Assembly (NCBI RefSeq): GCF_003334305.1 | Contig: NZ_QOWS01000018.1 | Length of the DNA: 64,000 bases | Source: Escherichia coli | GTDB taxonomy: Bacteria; Pseudomonadota; Gammaproteobacteria; Enterobacterales; Enterobacteriaceae | Direction: 5' to 3' (one strand) | Part shown: positions 36,220 through 47,434 of the stretch, piece by piece | How the letters are laid out: every line of letters begins with the position of its first letter | Numbering within the stretch: position 1 is the stretch's first letter | Made by a program: the position numbers and the translations under genes | Notes under the pieces: model-generated | Database searches by the model: none | What the model saw: only the letters and a program-made list of their open reading frames with translations | Told to the model about the DNA's origin: nothing

Positions 36220-36729
36220 TTAATGATACAAATTAGAGTGAATTTTTAGCCCGGAAAGTTGTCTCGTGGCGTGAGAGGATGCGCTTACCGGACGCATAAT
36301 AAACCCCATAGCGTTACCTTCATTTGCCGCATCAACAAGTTCAGCATGCTCTTCTTCAGTCAAATCATCTGCCAACCAACCGATCACCACACTGTAATTG
36401 CCCGTGCGTAAAGCGCGAACCATTGACTCCACAGTGTGGCAAGGGGAGAGCTGGCTAATCTGCATTACTTTCGTTAAGGGTAGCCCAGATGCCTGAACCC
36501 ATTCCCGACTCAGTTTTTGTTGCGGTGTTAACCAGAGTTGCCAGCGCGATTGCTGACCGAGTTGCTGTAACAATGGCAACAGTAGAAGTTGCGTCATCAT
36601 GGGCTGATCTTCGCGATAGACAACTTCACTGATAAGCCCGGCTGTAGTGTTTTCCGTAGAGACACGCGCAATTTTACTTGCTGCGGATGAGAACGACGAA
36701 GAACGATGTGCATAGCCTGAAGTGTACAT
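36220..36729 (-). CDS. sulA: SOS cell division inhibitor SulA
   Basis: Track ORF trimmed to [25 protein letters not shown] (169 aa). Confidence 0.95.
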
Positions 36730-36751
36730 AATCAATCCAGCCCCTGTGAGT

Positions 36752-36771
36752 TACTGTATGGATGTACAGTA
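36752..36771. promoter_or_regulatory. LexA box (SOS operator) of sulA
   Basis: tACTGTatggatgtACAGTa: CTGT-N8-ACAG palindrome 23 bp upstream of the sulA start. Confidence 0.85.
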
Positions 36772-36947
36772 CATCCAGTGACAACAAAGATCAACCCTAT
36801 TTTCGGAAAGAGCCTCGCAAATTTTGTCGTTGGTGACGGGAAAACATAAATTAATCTTGCCCCTTAAGAATAAGTTGCCTATTTTCGTAGTTAACGGATC
36901 CGTTAATGTGAATCATTCTTTTATGTTATTATTTTAAAAGGAATTTT

Positions 36948-37577
36948 ATGAAAAGCCTCTCCTATAAGCGGATCTATAAATCACAAGAATACCTGGCAAC
37001 GTTGGGCACAATTGAATACCGATCATTGTTTGGCAGTTACAGCCTGACCGTTGACGACACGGTGTTTGCGATGGTTTCTGATGGTGAGTTGTATCTTCGG
37101 GCTTGTGAGCAAAGTGCACAGTACTGTGTAAAACATCCGCCTGTCTGGCTGACATATAAAAAGTGTGGCCGATCCGTTACCCTCAATTACTATCGGGTTG
37201 ATGAAAGTCTATGGCGAAATCAACTGAAGCTGGTGCGTCTGTCGAAATATTCTCTCGATGCAGCGCTGAAAGAGAAAAGCACGCGCAATACCCGGGAAAG
37301 ACTGAAAGATTTGCCCAATATGTCTTTTCATCTGGAAGCGATTCTCGGGGAGGTGGGGATTAAGGATGTACGGGCGTTACGTATACTTGGGGCAAAAATG
37401 TGTTGGTTGCGACTGCGGCAGCAAAACAGTCTGGTGACAGAAAAGATTCTGTTTATGCTTGAAGGTGCCATTATCGGCATTCATGAAGCTGCGCTCCCGG
37501 TGGCACGCCGCCAGGAGCTTGCAGAATGGGCTGACTCTCTTACGCCGAAACAGGAGTTTCCTGCGGAACTTGAGTAA
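36948..37577 (+). CDS. sxy: Competence regulator Sxy/TfoX
   Basis: 209-aa ORF MKSLSYKRIYKSQEYLATLGTIEYRSLFGSYSL. Confidence 0.92.
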   Translation: MKSLSYKRIYKSQEYLATLGTIEYRSLFGSYSLTVDDTVFAMVSDGELYLRACEQSAQYCVKHPPVWLTYKKCGRSVTLNYYRVDESLWRNQLKLVRLSKYSLDAALKEKSTRNTRERLKDLPNMSFHLEAILGEVGIKDVRALRILGAKMCWLRLRQQNSLVTEKILFMLEGAIIGIHEAALPVARRQELAEWADSLTPKQEFPAELE

Positions 37578-39693
37578 TCTGGCGTTGCAGACGACCAATC
37601 TCAGGCAGTAATGCAATCAATAATCCAACTTGTTGTACGACCAGAGGTTCTTTGCTGTCTGCCCGTGGTTCAAGTTGCTGCATCCGCTGTTTCAGGCTAG
37701 CTAATGCCTCATTGACGCGTTCTTCATCAGCAGGTTGATGATGTAACGCGTCATCAACATAGCAAACTGCGTCATCAAGAAACGCCAGAATTTCAGGATT
37801 AGTTAACTGCTCCCGGTGAGCACCGAGGGCTGAGATATAGCTGGTAAACGTATGGTTAAGGCACAGCAACCGAAACGCGGCTTCGCGAATTTGCGGGGTA
37901 ACGTTCGGTTCGCTGGACATATTTGATACCACCGACGCCAGTTCAGCATCACGGTTGTGTGCATCGCGGCGGGCAATACGATACGCCAGACGGTTATCAC
38001 GCCCCTGATGGTATTGCTCCAGTATGGCATCGAGATACCGGCAGTTGGCCTCTGTGGCGCGTTCGAGCATTCGCGGCAGATTGCGAAACTGCCAGTCAGG
38101 CCAGATGTAGCTCACTGCCGCCCACGCAATGGCACAACCAATCAGCGTATCGATTACGCGAGGTAACGCTACTTCAAAACCTTCACCCAGCAAGTTAAAA
38201 CACAGTAGCACCAAAAGTGTGATGAACATCGTTGCATGGGCATATTGCACGTTACGGAAGGCAAAAAAGAGCACGCCGGTAATAACCAGTAGCACCAGCT
38301 GCCCTTCCAGTGACGGTACAAACCACAGCACAGGAATGCCAATGGCGATACCGACCAGCGTACCAATAATCCTTAACTTCAGGCGGTGGCGCGTGGCGTT
38401 ATAGTTTGGCTGGCAGACAAACAAACTTGTCAGCAAGATCCAATACCCGTGATGCATTCCGGTTATCTGAATGATGGCGTAGCCGAAGCACAACACCAGC
38501 GACATTCTTACCGCATGACGGAAGAGGGCGGATTCCGGCGTGAAGTGACGGCTAAGACGCAGCCAGATATCACTCAATCCGTGCGGGCTATCATCAGCGA
38601 GCTCATTTTCGTCATTATTATGGGGCAGTGCCTGGGCCTGTTCTGATTCAATTGTTGCCAGTTGGGCATCAATGGCGCGTAAATTGTTCAGCAAAAATCC
38701 CAGTGTTTTAAGTAAATCGGCAGGCGCGCCGTTATCGCGCATCCGCTCCAGCGCAGCATCAATATGCGTAAAAGCGCGCTCAAAATGCGGATCATGTTGA
38801 TAAGGCTGACGCAGCAAAATACAGCGTGACAGTTGCTGGCACGCCTGGCCCTGCATCGACATCAGCCGCTGAAAACGGAACAGCACGTCGCTGTGGCGAA
38901 AATGTTCACGCAATGTTTGATACTGAATATGAGAAGAGCTGGCACGCTCGTGAATATCCTGTGCGACAAAGTAATAATGCAGCGTGCGACGCGTTCCCCG
39001 TTGACCACGATCGCCACGTAAGCGGGTCAGCAGCGAGAGTTTCGTCTGATTCAATGTCGCCATCAGCTGACCGTTGGCGAGAGCCAAATCGTACAGCGGT
39101 GCCTGGCTTTCATCTTCAATATCAGGATCAAACATGCGCGACTTGAGCTCAAGATAACGCGCCAGTTGTTCATAGCAACGCGCCAGGTTGTCCTGCAGCG
39201 GGCGGACCGGGAACAGCAGATGACCAATAAGTGTCAGGACGTTGTACCAGACGGCACCGGCCAGCAGATACATCGGCTGCTGATACCAGTGCTCATACAG
39301 TGATGTTCCCAACATAGTGTAAATGGCGATCAGCAATGCACCGAAGGCAATTGTTGCATAGCGTTGACCCAGACCGCCGAGCAAAATGAAGCCGCTGGTA
39401 GAGAGCGTTAAGCCAATCGCAAATAGCCAGGGCCAGGGAAACAGCAATTCTACTGAGGCCGAGGCGATAAAAAAGCAGAACAGCGTAATGATGAGGTTAC
39501 GCAAACGTCCCGCCAGTCGGTCATCGAGATCGGTCAGCGCCGCTGCCACCATCCCCAGCGTTAGCGGAATCGTCAGTTTTACATCACCCAGCCACCACGG
39601 AAACGCTGTGGTTCCACAAAGCGCAATAAAAATACGCGCGTAATACAGCCAGGCGCTGTTCCAGGTATAGCGTTTGAGCAAAGGACTTAGCAT
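37540..39693 (-). CDS. yccS: Uncharacterised multi-pass inner membrane protein
   Basis: Track ORF trimmed to MLSPLLKRYTWNSAWLYYARIF (717 aa); two hydrophobic blocks separated by a long soluble region; 38-bp convergent overlap with the sxy 3' end. Confidence 0.88.
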   Translation of the reverse strand: MLSPLLKRYTWNSAWLYYARIFIALCGTTAFPWWLGDVKLTIPLTLGMVAAALTDLDDRLAGRLRNLIITLFCFFIASASVELLFPWPWLFAIGLTLSTSGFILLGGLGQRYATIAFGALLIAIYTMLGTSLYEHWYQQPMYLLAGAVWYNVLTLIGHLLFPVRPLQDNLARCYEQLARYLELKSRMFDPDIEDESQAPLYDLALANGQLMATLNQTKLSLLTRLRGDRGQRGTRRTLHYYFVAQDIHERASSSHIQYQTLREHFRHSDVLFRFQRLMSMQGQACQQLSRCILLRQPYQHDPHFERAFTHIDAALERMRDNGAPADLLKTLGFLLNNLRAIDAQLATIESEQAQALPHNNDENELADDSPHGLSDIWLRLSRHFTPESALFRHAVRMSLVLCFGYAIIQITGMHHGYWILLTSLFVCQPNYNATRHRLKLRIIGTLVGIAIGIPVLWFVPSLEGQLVLLVITGVLFFAFRNVQYAHATMFITLLVLLCFNLLGEGFEVALPRVIDTLIGCAIAWAAVSYIWPDWQFRNLPRMLERATEANCRYLDAILEQYHQGRDNRLAYRIARRDAHNRDAELASVVSNMSSEPNVTPQIREAAFRLLCLNHTFTSYISALGAHREQLTNPEILAFLDDAVCYVDDALHHQPADEERVNEALASLKQRMQQLEPRADSKEPLVVQQVGLLIALLPEIGRLQRQITQVPQETPVSA

Positions 39694-39711
39694 AAAGGCC
39701 ATATTAGTGGA

Positions 39712-40158
39712 TTATTCAAAACGACGACGTGCATTGGCTTCACGCGCAGCTTGCGCCGTTTCTACCGATACCACGCGACGACCAACCGGCCATAGTGCAA
39801 TAGCGGCAATTTTAAAGTTCGCAATGCCGACAGGAATGCCAATGATTGAAATACATTGTGCGATGCCCGTTGCAATGTGCATCAGGCATAACCACCAGCC
39901 AAAGAAAATCAGCCAGAAAATATTCAATACCGTACCGCCAGTATTCAGCAGCACATTTTTGCCAGCCGGGTTCAGTTCATCGACATGAATAGCTTCATTG
40001 CCATAAGGCACCAGAGACAGTTTAGTGATCTCCCAGCAGGATCGTGTCAGCGGTAAGGTAAAAATCAGCATAATACTGACCAGAGTCGCCAACAGCCAGC
40101 CCAGAGTGGTGGCAAATCCGCCAAGCACAAAGTTCAGAATGTTCAAAACGGTACGCAT
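39712..40158 (-). CDS. yccF: Small uncharacterised inner membrane protein
   Basis: 148 aa, hydrophobic; 18 bp upstream of yccS on the same strand (probable yccF-yccS operon). Confidence 0.88.
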   Translation of the reverse strand: MRTVLNILNFVLGGFATTLGWLLATLVSIMLIFTLPLTRSCWEITKLSLVPYGNEAIHVDELNPAGKNVLLNTGGTVLNIFWLIFFGWWLCLMHIATGIAQCISIIGIPVGIANFKIAAIALWPVGRRVVSVETAQAAREANARRRFE

Positions 40159-40280
40159 AAAACCTCGCTTTACTGTGGTTTTCAGTAATGGGCGGCAATT
40201 GTAACGTTTTTTTGGGCTGGAGCACGTTTTCTCTGACGGTTACACTGATAAGAAATAATTTCGTGTGGATCTACAGAGTC

Positions 40281-42335
40281 ATGGAACTGAAAGCGACAAC
40301 GCTTGGAAAACGTCTGGCACAGCACCCTTACGATCGGGCGGTGATCCTCAATGCCGGGATTAAAGTCTCCGGCGATCGCCACGAATACCTTATTCCTTTC
40401 AATCAATTACTGGCGATTCACTGTAAGCGCGGTCTGGTATGGGGCGAGCTGGAATTTGTACTGCCGGACGAAAAAGTGGTGCGTCTGCACGGCACCGAAT
40501 GGGGCGAGACGCAGCGTTTTTACCATCATCTTGATGCTCACTGGCGGCGGTGGAGTGGCGAGATGAGCGAAATTGCGTCTGGTGTTTTACGCCAGCAACT
40601 GGATTTGATTGCCACGCGCACTGGAGAAAATAAATGGCTGACGCGTGAGCAAACCTCTGGCGTGCAGCAACAAATCCGCCAGGCTTTGTCGGCGTTGCCG
40701 TTGCCGGTTAACCGACTGGAAGAATTCGATAACTGCCGTGAGGCGTGGCGTAAATGTCAGGCCTGGTTGAAAGATATTGAAAGCGCTCGGTTGCAGCATA
40801 ACCAGGCGTATACCGAAGCCATGCTTACCGAGTATGCGGATTTTTTCCGCCAGGTCGAGTCTTCACCGCTGAATCCGGCGCAGGCCCGGGCAGTCGTTAA
40901 TGGCGAGCATTCTCTGTTAGTGCTGGCAGGTGCAGGAAGCGGAAAAACGTCGGTGCTGGTGGCCCGTGCAGGCTGGTTGCTGGCGCGTGGTGAAGCGTCC
41001 CCTGAGCAAATTTTATTGCTGGCGTTTGGTCGCAAAGCCGCTGAAGAGATGGACGAGCGGATTCGCGAACGGCTACATACCGAAGACATTACCGCACGCA
41101 CGTTTCATGCGCTGGCGCTGCATATTATTCAGCAGGGCAGCAAAAAAGTTCCGATAGTCAGCAAACTGGAAAATGATACCGCTGCCCGTCATGAACTCTT
41201 TATTGCTGAGTGGCGCAAGCAATGCAGCGAAAAGAAAGCGCAGGCGAAGGGCTGGCGGCAATGGCTGACGGAAGAAATGCAGTGGTCAGTGCCAGAAGGT
41301 AACTTCTGGGATGATGAAAAATTACAGCGTCGCCTTGCCTCTCGCCTCGATCGCTGGGTAAGTCTGATGCGGATGCACGGTGGTGCACAGGCAGAAATGA
41401 TTGCCAGTGCACCCGAAGAGATTCGCGATCTGTTCAGTAAACGTATCAAGTTGATGGCCCCGTTATTAAAAGCCTGGAAAGGTGCGCTGAAGGCAGAAAA
41501 CGCTGTCGATTTTTCGGGCCTTATTCATCAGGCGATTGTGATTCTGGAGAAAGGTCGCTTTATCAGCCCGTGGAAGCATATTCTGGTTGATGAATTTCAG
41601 GATATCTCGCCGCAGCGCGCAGCGTTGTTAGCGGCATTACGCAAGCAAAACAGTCAGACGACGTTGTTCGCCGTTGGTGATGACTGGCAGGCGATTTACC
41701 GATTCAGCGGTGCGCAAATGTCGCTCACCACCGCTTTCCATGAAAACTTTGGTGAAGGCGATCGCTGTGATTTAGACACGACTTACCGTTTTAACAGTCG
41801 TATCGGTGAGGTGGCAAACCGGTTTATTCAGCAGAACCCAGGCCAGCTGAAAAAGCCGCTAAACAGCTTAACCAATGGAGACAAAAAAGCCGTCACGTTA
41901 TTGGATGAGAGTCAACTTGACGCTTTGCTGGATAAGCTCTCTGGTTATGCCAAACCGGAAGAGCGCATTCTGATCCTGGCGCGTTACCATCACATGAGGC
42001 CTGCCAGCCTGGAAAAAGCGGCAACACGCTGGCCGAAGTTGCAAATCGACTTTATGACCATTCATGCCAGCAAAGGGCAACAGGCGGATTACGTCATCAT
42101 CGTTGGCTTGCAGGAGGGAAGTGATGGTTTTCCGGCTGCGGCGCGGGAGTCGATTATGGAAGAGGCGCTACTGCCACCGGTTGAGGATTTCCCGGACGCT
42201 GAAGAACGGCGGTTAATGTACGTGGCGCTGACCCGGGCACGCCATCGGGTATGGGCACTGTTTAACAAAGAGAATCCCTCTCCCTTTGTGGAAATACTGA
42301 AAAATCTGGATGTGCCGGTGGCGAGAAAACCGTAA
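40281..42335 (+). CDS. helD: DNA helicase IV (UvrD-like superfamily 1)
   Basis: Track ORF trimmed to MELKATTLGKRLAQHPYDRAV (684 aa); Walker A AGAGSGKTS. Confidence 0.94.
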   Translation: MELKATTLGKRLAQHPYDRAVILNAGIKVSGDRHEYLIPFNQLLAIHCKRGLVWGELEFVLPDEKVVRLHGTEWGETQRFYHHLDAHWRRWSGEMSEIASGVLRQQLDLIATRTGENKWLTREQTSGVQQQIRQALSALPLPVNRLEEFDNCREAWRKCQAWLKDIESARLQHNQAYTEAMLTEYADFFRQVESSPLNPAQARAVVNGEHSLLVLAGAGSGKTSVLVARAGWLLARGEASPEQILLLAFGRKAAEEMDERIRERLHTEDITARTFHALALHIIQQGSKKVPIVSKLENDTAARHELFIAEWRKQCSEKKAQAKGWRQWLTEEMQWSVPEGNFWDDEKLQRRLASRLDRWVSLMRMHGGAQAEMIASAPEEIRDLFSKRIKLMAPLLKAWKGALKAENAVDFSGLIHQAIVILEKGRFISPWKHILVDEFQDISPQRAALLAALRKQNSQTTLFAVGDDWQAIYRFSGAQMSLTTAFHENFGEGDRCDLDTTYRFNSRIGEVANRFIQQNPGQLKKPLNSLTNGDKKAVTLLDESQLDALLDKLSGYAKPEERILILARYHHMRPASLEKAATRWPKLQIDFMTIHASKGQQADYVIIVGLQEGSDGFPAAARESIMEEALLPPVEDFPDAEERRLMYVALTRARHRVWALFNKENPSPFVEILKNLDVPVARKP

Positions 42336-42337
42336 GA

Positions 42338-42362
42338 AACAGGTGGCGTTTGCCACCTGTGC
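42338..42362 (-). terminator. Hairpin between convergent helD and mgsA
   Basis: Stem acaggtggc/gccacctgt with loop gttt; T-rich tract follows on the minus strand. Confidence 0.5.
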
Positions 42363-42366
42363 AATA

Positions 42367-42825
42367 TTACTTCAGACGGTCCGCGAGATAACGCTGATAA
42401 TCGGGGATCAGAATATCGACCGCGTCGTTGAAATGCGGCGACTGGATTATGAAGTCTGCCGTTGCCACGTTGGTGGCGACCGGAATGTTCCATACCGTCG
42501 CCAGACGCAGCAAGGCTTTCACGTCAGGATCGTGCGGCACGGCATTTAGTGGATCCCAGAAGAAAATCAATACATCAATTTTCCCTTCTGAGATCAATGC
42601 GCCAACCTGCTGGTCACCCCCCATTGGGCCACTCAACATCGCGTTGACGTTCATGCCGGTCGCGCGGGAAATTAAGTTACCGGTAGTGCCTGTTGCATAC
42701 AGTACGTGTTGTTCCAGTAACGGTTGATGCCGTTCCACCCAGCTCATCAGCATTTGTTTGCAGTGATCGTGTGCCACCAGCGCAATATGTTTCCGCGCAG
42801 GTAAAGTGCGAGTCGTCAGTTCCAT
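42367..42825 (-). CDS. mgsA: Methylglyoxal synthase
   Basis: Track ORF trimmed to [24 protein letters not shown] (152 aa). Confidence 0.94.
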
Positions 42826-42920
42826 AATGTACATCCGTAGTTAACTTTCCTACAGATTACTGTAAGCACTTATCGCTGCAAGATAAAGACCGAAAAAGCC
42901 TGCGCACAGGCACAAAAATC

Positions 42921-43583
42921 TCAGGAAGATGGTTGTTTTTCCGCCCACTGCAGGAAAGTATTTCGCGTTTGTGGGTCAGCCAGTTTAAACCAATACTTCA
43001 GCCGTTGTTCTGTGAGCACCTGAGACTGCGGTGGAATAGCATCCAGCTCGGAAACACCCGAAAGCAGCGTACTGTCATCTGCCATCATCGTGGCAAATTG
43101 CGGTAGTGAAGCGCGTTTCGCGGATTTGTTATAGCGTTCAACCTCGACCTCATAATCAATCGTTTTTGCCGTTGAGGTAATGGCGAGAATATCCAGCTTT
43201 ACCGGAATCGGCGTCGCATCGCCATCCAACAATTCAAGGCGCGGCGCGGCATCAAAATGGTTAGCTTCCCGCTCATTCTCCAGGCGAGGCAGGCGAAAAT
43301 TGACCTGGTTGATGAGCTGGGTATTAAAACTGACCACCAGCGGTGGGGAGATATACAGCCGTTCTTCACTATTGGAAAGATGAATCGTCTTCTCAACGCG
43401 AAACACTAACTGATGCGGTCCATTATCCAGTTCAATGCTGTCCGCACCGCGCAGCAGAGAGCTGGAAACCTTCTTGCCGTCGAGTACCAGAAGATCGACA
43501 TCGGTTGAAAGCCGCAGCGTGGTGGCAAAAACGGATACCGGCAAACATAATGCAATCAAGGTGGTCACGATGCCGGTTTTCAT
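42921..43583 (-). CDS. yccT: Uncharacterised periplasmic protein
   Basis: 220 aa; N-terminal signal peptide [20 protein letters not shown]. Confidence 0.88.
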
Positions 43584-43755
43584 AGGTAGCTCCTGTCAAA
43601 AGACCGCCCGAATAATAATGTGTCAAAATTTTTCTTTAATCATACTTACTAACATATAGACATATTTCCCGCTTTTGCTCTCATTCATTCGTATTAGCTG
43701 CATGGTTGGCATGTCGGCTTTGTCGTACACTTTGTTAAACAGTCTGGAGGAAATA

Positions 43756-44169
43756 ATGAAAGAAACCGATATTGCAGGCATTTTAACGTCCACTCACACC
43801 ATTGCGCTGGTGGGGGCAAGCGACAAACCCGATCGTCCCAGCTATCGCGTGATGAAATATCTACTCGACCAGGGGTATCACGTCATTCCGGTTTCGCCAA
43901 AAGTTGCCGGCAAAACGCTGCTGGGCCAGCAGGGGTATGGCACGCTGGCAGACGTTCCGGAAAAGGTCGATATGGTCGATGTTTTCCGTAATTCAGAAGC
44001 GGCGTGGGGCGTGGCACAGGAAGCTATTGCCATTGGCGCGAAAACCCTCTGGATGCAACTGGGGGTGATTAATGAGCAAGCGGCAGTACTGGCACGGGAT
44101 GCCGGGTTAAATGTGGTGATGGATCGCTGCCCGGCTATTGAGATCCCTCGCCTGGGCCTGGCCAAATAA
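43756..44169 (+). CDS. yccU: Small CoA-binding domain protein
   Basis: Track ORF trimmed to [30 protein letters not shown] (137 aa); GGAGG RBS 6 nt upstream. Confidence 0.88.
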   Translation: MKETDIAGILTSTHTIALVGASDKPDRPSYRVMKYLLDQGYHVIPVSPKVAGKTLLGQQGYGTLADVPEKVDMVDVFRNSEAAWGVAQEAIAIGAKTLWMQLGVINEQAAVLARDAGLNVVMDRCPAIEIPRLGLAK

Positions 44170-44208
44170 AAAATCCCCGGAAGGCAAAAACCTTCCGGGG
44201 ATTCGTTC
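44168..44208. terminator. Bidirectional terminator between yccU and hspQ
   Basis: atccccggaagg-caaaaa-ccttccggggat perfect 12-bp stem with an A-run on the plus strand (U-run for the minus strand). Confidence 0.75.
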
Positions 44209-44213
44209 AGGGA

Positions 44214-44588
<375 letters not shown>

Positions 44589-45779
44589 TTACATGACGCG
44601 ACAGGCAAACCCTTTCAGATATAGCCCTTCCGGGTAGGTAGCGATCACCGGATGATCGGCTGCCTGACGGAACTGCTCTATAAATTGTACATCACGGCCG
44701 GCATCAATTGCGGCATCCGCGATGATTTTCTGAAATAAATCGCTGGTCATCAGACCGGAACAGGAGAAAGTCAGGAGAATACCGCCTTCATTCAGCAACT
44801 GAATCGCCAGCATGTTGATATCTTTATAGCCACGACACGCGCCCATCAACTGGCTTTTATTCTCAACAAACTTCGGCGGGTCCATCACGATAACGTCAAA
44901 TTTTTCACCGCGATCGCGATAAGTACGCAGCAATTTAAAGACATCATCACGGACAAACTCAGCCTTGCTCAGATCCAGTTTGTTCAGCTCAACGTTCTGC
45001 CGTGCAATATCCAGCGCTTCCTGGGAGGTATCAACGCTGACAACCTGGCTGCAACCGCCCATCAGTGCCGATACGGCGAAACCACCGGTATAGGAGAAAC
45101 AGTTCAGCACACGTTTATTTTCAACGTAGCGGCGGGTAGCCAGGCGGCTATCACGCTGGTCCAGGTAGTAGCCCGTTTTGTGTCCGTGCTGAATATCCAC
45201 CAGCAGTTTCATGCCGTGTTCTTCAATCGGCAGCAGGGCAGGTGGCAACTCGCCGGTGACGAGGCCCTGGGTCAGCTCCATCCCTTCTTTTTTACGTACC
45301 GCAACATCGCTGCGATCGTAAATCGCACATTCCGGGTACAGCGTTTGCAGGGCACTAATTAATGCCGCGCGCTGATATTCTGCGCCAGCACTCAGCAGTT
45401 GCAGCACCAGAAAATTACCGAAACGATCGATAGTAATACCCGGCAGGCCATCAGATTCTCCGGCGATTAAACGATAGCTGTCGAGGCCATCTTTTTGCGC
45501 CAGCCAGTCACGCCATTTTTGTGCTTGTTGCAAACGGCGGGAAAAAAAAGCAATGTCGATAGACTCAGACGGGTCAAACGTCCAGACGCGCGCCCGGATT
45601 TGCGAAGCTGGTGAATAAGCGCCGCGTGCTAACCATTTTCCCTGATGATCAACAATATCGATGGTTTCACCGAGGCTGGCTTTACCTTCCATGCGGGCAA
45701 CGGCCCCGGAAAAGACCCACGGATGGCGACGAAGTAATGATTTTTCGCGCCCTTTGGCTAACACTAAACGTACACTCAT
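44589..45779 (-). CDS. rlmI: 23S rRNA m5C1962 methyltransferase
   Basis: 396 aa; SAM-dependent methyltransferase fold with the DPPKF motif. Confidence 0.92.
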   Translation of the reverse strand: MSVRLVLAKGREKSLLRRHPWVFSGAVARMEGKASLGETIDIVDHQGKWLARGAYSPASQIRARVWTFDPSESIDIAFFSRRLQQAQKWRDWLAQKDGLDSYRLIAGESDGLPGITIDRFGNFLVLQLLSAGAEYQRAALISALQTLYPECAIYDRSDVAVRKKEGMELTQGLVTGELPPALLPIEEHGMKLLVDIQHGHKTGYYLDQRDSRLATRRYVENKRVLNCFSYTGGFAVSALMGGCSQVVSVDTSQEALDIARQNVELNKLDLSKAEFVRDDVFKLLRTYRDRGEKFDVIVMDPPKFVENKSQLMGACRGYKDINMLAIQLLNEGGILLTFSCSGLMTSDLFQKIIADAAIDAGRDVQFIEQFRQAADHPVIATYPEGLYLKGFACRVM

Positions 45780-45873
45780 AATTTACTTTTCTGTCGATGC
45801 AAAGAAATGGGCGTCATTGTCCGGAGTTTTCCATGGATTTGCAACGCGTCCATTAAGGATAAGGAGAGCAGCA

Positions 45874-46152
45874 ATGTCGAAAGTCTGCATAATTGCCTGG
45901 GTTTACGGGCGAGTTCAGGGCGTAGGATTTCGCTACACCACACAGTATGAAGCGAAAAGACTGGGTTTAACCGGGTACGCCAAAAATCTTGACGATGGCA
46001 GCGTGGAAGTGGTTGCCTGCGGTGAAGAAGGGCAGGTGGAAAAATTAATGCAGTGGTTAAAGAGTGGCGGCCCGCGTTCTGCGCGTGTGGAACGGGTGCT
46101 TAGCGAGCCGCATCATCCCTCGGGGGAATTAGCCGATTTTCGTATCCGTTAA
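45874..46152 (+). CDS. yccX: Acylphosphatase
   Basis: Track ORF (163 aa) trimmed to [38 protein letters not shown] (92 aa), which carries the acylphosphatase signature; AAGGAGA RBS upstream. Confidence 0.9.
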
Positions 46153-46478
46153 ATACATTTTACCGGTTTTGGCAGGCCAGCAATTTTGGTGGCTTGCTTA
46201 GCCGGACCTTTCGGAAACAGTCGATATAAATAGCGGCTGTTACCTTTTTCTTCGCCAAATTTATTCGCCATCGCTTTTACCAGCATACGAATCGCCGGAG
46301 AAGTATTGAATTCCAGATAGAAATCACGCACAAAACGCACCACTTCCCAGTGTTCTGGCGACAGCGAAATCCCTTCGTTCTCTGCAATCACCACAGCCAG
46401 CGGCTCACTCCACTGGCTGCTTTCTTTGAGATAGCCTTCGGTATCCGTTTCTATCTCTTTACCTTCGAAGATCAGCAT
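46149..46478 (-). CDS. tusE: Sulfur relay protein TusE
   Basis: Track ORF trimmed to [23 protein letters not shown] (109 aa); 4-bp convergent overlap with yccX. Confidence 0.9.
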
Positions 46479-46517
46479 AATTATTACTACCTTAATCAGA
46501 CTGGCGGCAGTGTAACA

Positions 46518-46550
46518 AAAAACAAAGCCCCGCATAAAGCGAGGCTATGA
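46518..46550 (-). terminator. yccA terminator-like hairpin
   Basis: ccccgc-ataaa-gcgagg imperfect stem with a T-run on the minus strand, downstream of the yccA stop. Confidence 0.45.
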
Positions 46551-46568
46551 AAGTGTTAGCGGGTGAGA

Positions 46569-47228
46569 TTAATCGCGGCTAGCGAAGCCCAGAATGCTCA
46601 GCAGGCTGACGAAGATGTTGTACAGCGAAACATACAGGCTAACCGTGGCACGAATATAGTTCGTCTCACCGCCATGAATGATGTTGCTGGTTTCAAACAA
46701 GATAGCGCCAGAGGAGATCAGAATGAAGACCGCGCTGATCGCCAGATGCAGAGCAGGCAGTTGCAGGAAGATATTAGCAACCATACCAATCAGCACCACC
46801 ACAATACCCGCCATCAGCATACCGCCGAGGAACGACATATCTTTGCGGGTGGTCAGCACATATGCAGAGCAGCAGAAGAACACTAACGCCGTTCCGCCCA
46901 GTGCCATAGCGATTACGTCACCCATTCCGGCAGACAGATAGGTGTTCAGAATAGGTCCGAGGATATAACCCAGAAAACCGGTAAAGGCGAATGCGGAGAT
47001 AATCCCGGTCGGCTTATTCGCCGTTTTATAGGTCAGGAACATCAAACCATACATACCCACCAGCGTCAGAATCAGACCCGGAGATGGCAGCATCAGCACC
47101 GTACTGGCAGTTGCGGTAATCGCCGAAAAGGCCAGCGTCAGGCTCAGCAGAAAATAGGTATTACGCAGCACCTTATGGGTGCTAAGCAGTGATGTACGGT
47201 CATGTGAAGAACTAACAATACGATCCAT
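46569..47228 (-). CDS. yccA: Bax inhibitor-1 family inner membrane protein (FtsH modulator)
   Basis: 219 aa; seven hydrophobic segments. Confidence 0.93.
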   Translation of the reverse strand: MDRIVSSSHDRTSLLSTHKVLRNTYFLLSLTLAFSAITATASTVLMLPSPGLILTLVGMYGLMFLTYKTANKPTGIISAFAFTGFLGYILGPILNTYLSAGMGDVIAMALGGTALVFFCCSAYVLTTRKDMSFLGGMLMAGIVVVLIGMVANIFLQLPALHLAISAVFILISSGAILFETSNIIHGGETNYIRATVSLYVSLYNIFVSLLSILGFASRD

Positions 47229-47399
47229 TGAGTCACTCTCTATGACAGATGTAATTAATTAAGCAGCATAATGATAATGCGTAAGGGCACCCAGAAGTTT
47301 TACCCATCTTTACGCATTTGATCTGGAACAGGTTTAACAGCGGATTATCAGGTCATTAAGCAAATATAACGCCCTGAGAATTTCGACAGGCAAAAGAAA

Positions 47400-47432
47400 A
47401 AGGGGTTAGCATTTAGCTAACCCCTTATCTTA
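47400..47432 (-). terminator. serT intrinsic terminator
   Basis: Stem aggggttagc/gctaacccct with loop attta, immediately 3' of the tRNA, followed by a T-run on the minus strand. Confidence 0.7.
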
Positions 47433-47434
47433 TT

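Noticed and set aside
36018-36236. 72-aa plus-strand ORF in the ompA-sulA intergenic region
   Set aside because: Starts at a TTG with no Shine-Dalgarno motif and overlaps the ompA promoter and leader on the opposite strand; no conservation evidence available, so treated as chance.
40188-40280. N-terminal extensions of track ORFs (e.g. helD from 40188, yccU from 43675, fabA to 32478, hyaA from 47868, ompA to 35935, asnS to 4673)
   Set aside because: In each case an internal ATG with a better-placed Shine-Dalgarno motif gives the N-terminus I recognise for the protein; the extended versions begin in the neighbouring gene or promoter region.
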